This document shows, in pieces, positions 7,906 to 10,680 of a stretch of 10,680 nt of DNA. Origin of the DNA: Gemmatimonadota bacterium (lineage in GTDB: Bacteria; Gemmatimonadota; Gemmatimonadetes; Longimicrobiales; Gaopeijiaceae). Under the pieces are notes generated by a model. That model ran no database searches, was not told where the DNA came from, and saw nothing but the letters and a program-made list of their open reading frames with translations. The position numbers were made by a program, and so were the translations under genes. Each line of letters begins with the position of its first letter. Positions within the stretch are counted from its first letter, which is position 1. The stretch is taken from contig JBDHHQ010000133.1 of assembly GCA_039589315.1 (NCBI GenBank), positions 1 through 10,680 on the forward strand, given 5' to 3'.

Positions 7906-9551
7906 GGGGGCGTCTCCCTCCGTCGAGCCGCCTCCAGCCCCTCCGGCGTATCGACGTCCATGAGGACGCCCTCTCCCGCCACAGCGACTTCGCAGACGTC
8001 GTCCGCGAACGCGTGGAGCAGGTGGCGGCCGCCCACGTCCCCCTCCAGCGTCTGCAGCGCCGTGAAGTATCTGGAGGCCCACAGAACCGGATTGCCCCGT
8101 TTGCGGTCGCGAACCGGCACACAGATGCCTCGGCCGGTGTCGGGATCGAATGCGTCGAGGAGCGCCCGGACGTCGTTCTCCGAAAGCCACGGCATGTCGC
8201 CGAGGGCGACGAGGACAGCGTCGGCTTCGCCCGCCACGGCCGCCACGCCGGCCCTCACCGACGTTCCCATCCCTGCCGCCCAGTCCGCGTGCCTCTCGAA
8301 GCGCACCGGCAGCCCGGCGAGGGCCGCCCGCACGGCCTCCGATTCGTGCCCGATGACCACGACGATGGGGTCCAGTGGCAGCGCCGAGAGCCTCTGCACC
8401 ACGTGCCGGACAATGGGCCGTCCTCCCACCTCCGCGAGCAGCTTGTTCGCGTCGCCCATTCGGGACGAGCCACCTGCCGCGAGGACCACCGCCGCGAATC
8501 GGTGTGTTCTTTCCGTGTCCGAGGTGCCGCGGCGGGGTTGGAGCCGGGCGGGCGACTCCTTGAGCAGCCCACCGACGGACATGTCGGCGAGGTCGTCCTC
8601 CGACGGCATGCGTCCAGCGAGCACGTGCTCGAGCACCATGTCGAAGCCGTTGCGACGGATCGATCTGGCGCACCCGGGCACGCCCAGGACCGGCGTGCTC
8701 CCGTGTCTGGCCAGGAGCGTGAGGTTGCCCGGGTCGACCGCAATGCCCAGGTGGAGGATCTGCCCCCCCGCTCGCTCCACGGCTCTGGGGATCACGTCGC
8801 CGCGGTCGCCGGTAGCGGACGCTCCCAGGAGGAGCACCAGGTCGGGACCGGCTCCCAGAGCCCGCACCAGGGCCCCCGCGACCGCGTCCTCGTCGTGATC
8901 GCAGACCACCCGGGAGTCGAGGCGGCTACCGAGCGCAGCAAGCCGGCGCGTCATCGTGTCCTGGGACCGCTCGAGGACCTTCTGCGGCGTGCCCGGCAGT
9001 CGTGTCTGGACGAGGGTCACGTCACAGGACCCGAAGCCCGCGACGTCCAGCGGAGACCCCACGGCCCCCTTGGCCGGTGTGCCCCGACGGATCGACGCCA
9101 GGCAGGCGTCCAACGCCACCCGCGGCACGGCGAACGGGATGATCTTGACCGTGGCTACCAGGGTGCCCGGGCGGACCGGCGCCCAGGGAGGAAGGGTGGC
9201 CACCGTGACCGATTCGTTCACGCGGTTGAGCGCCCGGACCCGGTCCGCATCGACGCGGACGAGACCTGCCAGGCTGGCGACGAGGTTACAGCGGCCGGTC
9301 CCTGGACGACGGACTTCGACGTGGGACCCGGCCAGGGCCTGTGCGACCGTCTCGGCGGCCACGTCCTCAGCTACGTCCTCGGCTTCCAGGAGAGCCACGG
9401 TCACTCGCGAGATCCCCCCCGCGAGCAGGGCTGTCACGTCGTCCGTGTCCAGGACCCGTCCCTTGCGGAGGAAGCGACCCGACGGCAGGCGAAGCGAGTG
9501 AGCGAGCACGCCCCCTTCGGCGTGCTTCGGTTCCACAGGGCCGAACTTCAT
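7902..9551 (-). CDS. mocA: Fusion of an N-terminal MoeA-like molybdopterin-binding domain and a C-terminal MocA-type molybdenum cofactor cytidylyltransferase, 549 aa
   Basis: N-half: MKFGPV...LAHSLRL...LRKG, EDVAEDVAA, GTGRCNL, VATVKIIPFAV, GASATGDRGDVIPRA, VDPGNLTLL, GVPGCARS. C-half: VVLAAGGSSRMGDANKLL, GMGTSVRAG, LGDMP, RGNPVLW, GDVGGR, DVDTPE. CODH uses the MCD cofactor, which fits CTP specificity. Confidence 0.85.
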   Translation of the reverse strand: MKFGPVEPKHAEGGVLAHSLRLPSGRFLRKGRVLDTDDVTALLAGGISRVTVALLEAEDVAEDVAAETVAQALAGSHVEVRRPGTGRCNLVASLAGLVRVDADRVRALNRVNESVTVATLPPWAPVRPGTLVATVKIIPFAVPRVALDACLASIRRGTPAKGAVGSPLDVAGFGSCDVTLVQTRLPGTPQKVLERSQDTMTRRLAALGSRLDSRVVCDHDEDAVAGALVRALGAGPDLVLLLGASATGDRGDVIPRAVERAGGQILHLGIAVDPGNLTLLARHGSTPVLGVPGCARSIRRNGFDMVLEHVLAGRMPSEDDLADMSVGGLLKESPARLQPRRGTSDTERTHRFAAVVLAAGGSSRMGDANKLLAEVGGRPIVRHVVQRLSALPLDPIVVVIGHESEAVRAALAGLPVRFERHADWAAGMGTSVRAGVAAVAGEADAVLVALGDMPWLSENDVRALLDAFDPDTGRGICVPVRDRKRGNPVLWASRYFTALQTLEGDVGGRHLLHAFADDVCEVAVAGEGVLMDVDTPEGLEAARRRETPP

Positions 9552-10252
9552 GGTGTCGTCGCCGCGCCTCGCAAATGGCTGATGAGCTCGGCGAGGATGG
9601 CGACGGCGATTTCGGCCGGGGTGCGGGCGCCGATGTGGAGGCCGATCGGACCTCTGATGCGTCGGAGCCTCTCCTCCTCCACTCCGCCTTCCCGGAGCCG
9701 GGCGAGGCGCTTCTCGTGCGTCTTTCGGCTACCGAGGGCACCGATGTAGAAGGCTTCGCTGTCCAGAGCCGCCTCCAGGGCGGGGTCGTCGAGCTTGGGG
9801 TCGTGGGTCAGCGTAACGACGGCGGTGCGGTGATCGGGACTCAAAGCAGGGACCGCCTCATTCGGCCACCTGAGGTCCAACGTGATCCCCGGGAACCGCT
9901 CTGCGGACGCGAACGCGGCCCGCGGGTCCACGACGCACACCTCGATCCCGGCGATGGCCGCGAGCTGCGCCAGAGGCTGGGACACATGAACGGCGCCCAC
10001 GACGACGAGTCGGACCGGAGGGTTATACGGCCTCAGGAACACCTGCTGTCCGTCGTGTTCGACCGCCCCGGACCGATCCGCTCGCAGCGCCTGCTCCGCG
10101 GCCACGGTCGGCCAGTTCCCGGAAGGCGCGGGCGCCGCCGGATCCAGTGGGCGGAGAAGCGCCTGCTCCCCGGTGCTCAGGCGGGTGGCCAAGACCACGG
10201 CCCGCTTGAGACGTCGTGCCTCGAGCACCTCGTCGAGCAGGACGCTCTTCAA
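9548..10252 (-). CDS. xdhC: XdhC-family protein, stand-alone C-terminal (Rossmann-like) half, 234 aa
   Basis: Probable TTG start at 10252 (TTGA overlap with the upstream stop; GAGAGGG just upstream). RLVVVGAVHVSQPL, VVDPRAAFASAERFP, VVTLTHDPKLDDPAL, FYIGALGSRKTH, GPIGLHIGARTPAEIAVAILAE. Confidence 0.88.
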   Translation of the reverse strand: MKSVLLDEVLEARRLKRAVVLATRLSTGEQALLRPLDPAAPAPSGNWPTVAAEQALRADRSGAVEHDGQQVFLRPYNPPVRLVVVGAVHVSQPLAQLAAIAGIEVCVVDPRAAFASAERFPGITLDLRWPNEAVPALSPDHRTAVVTLTHDPKLDDPALEAALDSEAFYIGALGSRKTHEKRLARLREGGVEEERLRRIRGPIGLHIGARTPAEIAVAILAELISHLRGAATTP

Positions 10253-10575
10253 TCGACCCTCTCGACATAGACCACCACCGTGCCGCCGCACGCCAGGCCC
10301 ACCTCCCAGGCCTGGTCGTTGGTGACGCCGTACTCGAGCAGCTTCGGGAATCCCGACTCGATGACGTCACCTGCCTCGTGGATTACCGCGCCCTCGACGC
10401 AACCTCCCGACACCGACCCCACGAACGAGCCGTCGTCCGTGATGGCCATATGGCTTCCTTCCTTGCGGGGGGCCGACCCCCAGGTCCGCACGACCGTGGC
10501 CAGGGCGACCGCGCGTCCTTGATGGCGCCAGCTGCGAACCTGAGTGAGGACGTCCTCGTCGAGATCTGATCGCAT
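10249..10575 (-). CDS. xdhC: XdhC/CoxI-family protein, stand-alone N-terminal half, about 108 aa
   Basis: ALATVVRTWGSAPRKEGSHM, GSVSGGCVEGAV, YGVTNDQAWEVGLACGGTVVVYVE. Start chosen at ATG 10575 (MRSDLDEDVL); ATG 10656 is in frame but adds a non-family-like extension. Confidence 0.87.
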   Translation of the reverse strand: MRSDLDEDVLTQVRSWRHQGRAVALATVVRTWGSAPRKEGSHMAITDDGSFVGSVSGGCVEGAVIHEAGDVIESGFPKLLEYGVTNDQAWEVGLACGGTVVVYVERVD

Positions 10576-10680
10576 GGGTCCCGTCGCCTTTGTGCGGAGC
10601 CGCGCAGGCACCGACCGGAGTGGCAGGTCATGGCTCGAAACGCGGGCCCGTGACATACTCCCATCGCGCCTGTTCCGATG

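Noticed and set aside
7906..8673. Apparent 564-aa CoxD with a long N-terminal domain
   Set aside because: The extension overlaps the mocA domain in another frame and is low-complexity Arg/Gly. AAA+ similarity starts only after ~7905.
10249..10252. xdhC as a frameshifted pseudogene
   Set aside because: Both halves keep intact motifs, the junction is a canonical 4-nt stop/start overlap with an SD-like sequence, and split XdhC pairs are a known arrangement. Kept as two CDS.
7303..10270. Very long plus-strand ORFs (7303..8898, 7896..9749, 9341..10270)
   Set aside because: Antisense shadows of coxD, mocA and xdhC. They have no recognisable motifs, and long stop-free antisense frames are expected in high-GC coding DNA.
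10576..10680. Promoter or operator for the operon
   Set aside because: No convincing -35/-10, sigma54 or palindromic operator was seen in the 105 nt available; the promoter may lie outside the window.

Overview
High-GC window almost entirely filled by one minus-strand operon for an aerobic Mo-Cu carbon monoxide dehydrogenase (form I; CoxL carries the diagnostic AYRCSFR active-site loop) plus its maturation machinery. Transcription order (right to left): split xdhC (N-half, C-half) - MoeA-like/MocA fusion - coxD (MoxR AAA+) - coxE (vWA) - coxG (membrane anchor) - coxM - coxS - coxL - full-length xdhC/coxF fused to a Cys/His-rich YHS (TRASH-like) domain. Six of the nine gene junctions are 4-nt start/stop overlaps. 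The enzyme system itself is well known. The points worth a second look are the XdhC/CoxF-YHS fusion (candidate built-in copper chaperone), two different XdhC systems in one operon, the accessory-first gene order, a possible mosaic origin, and RNA-level signals around coxMSL. No RNA genes, mobile elements or CRISPR arrays were seen. All family calls come from motif recognition, not database searches.
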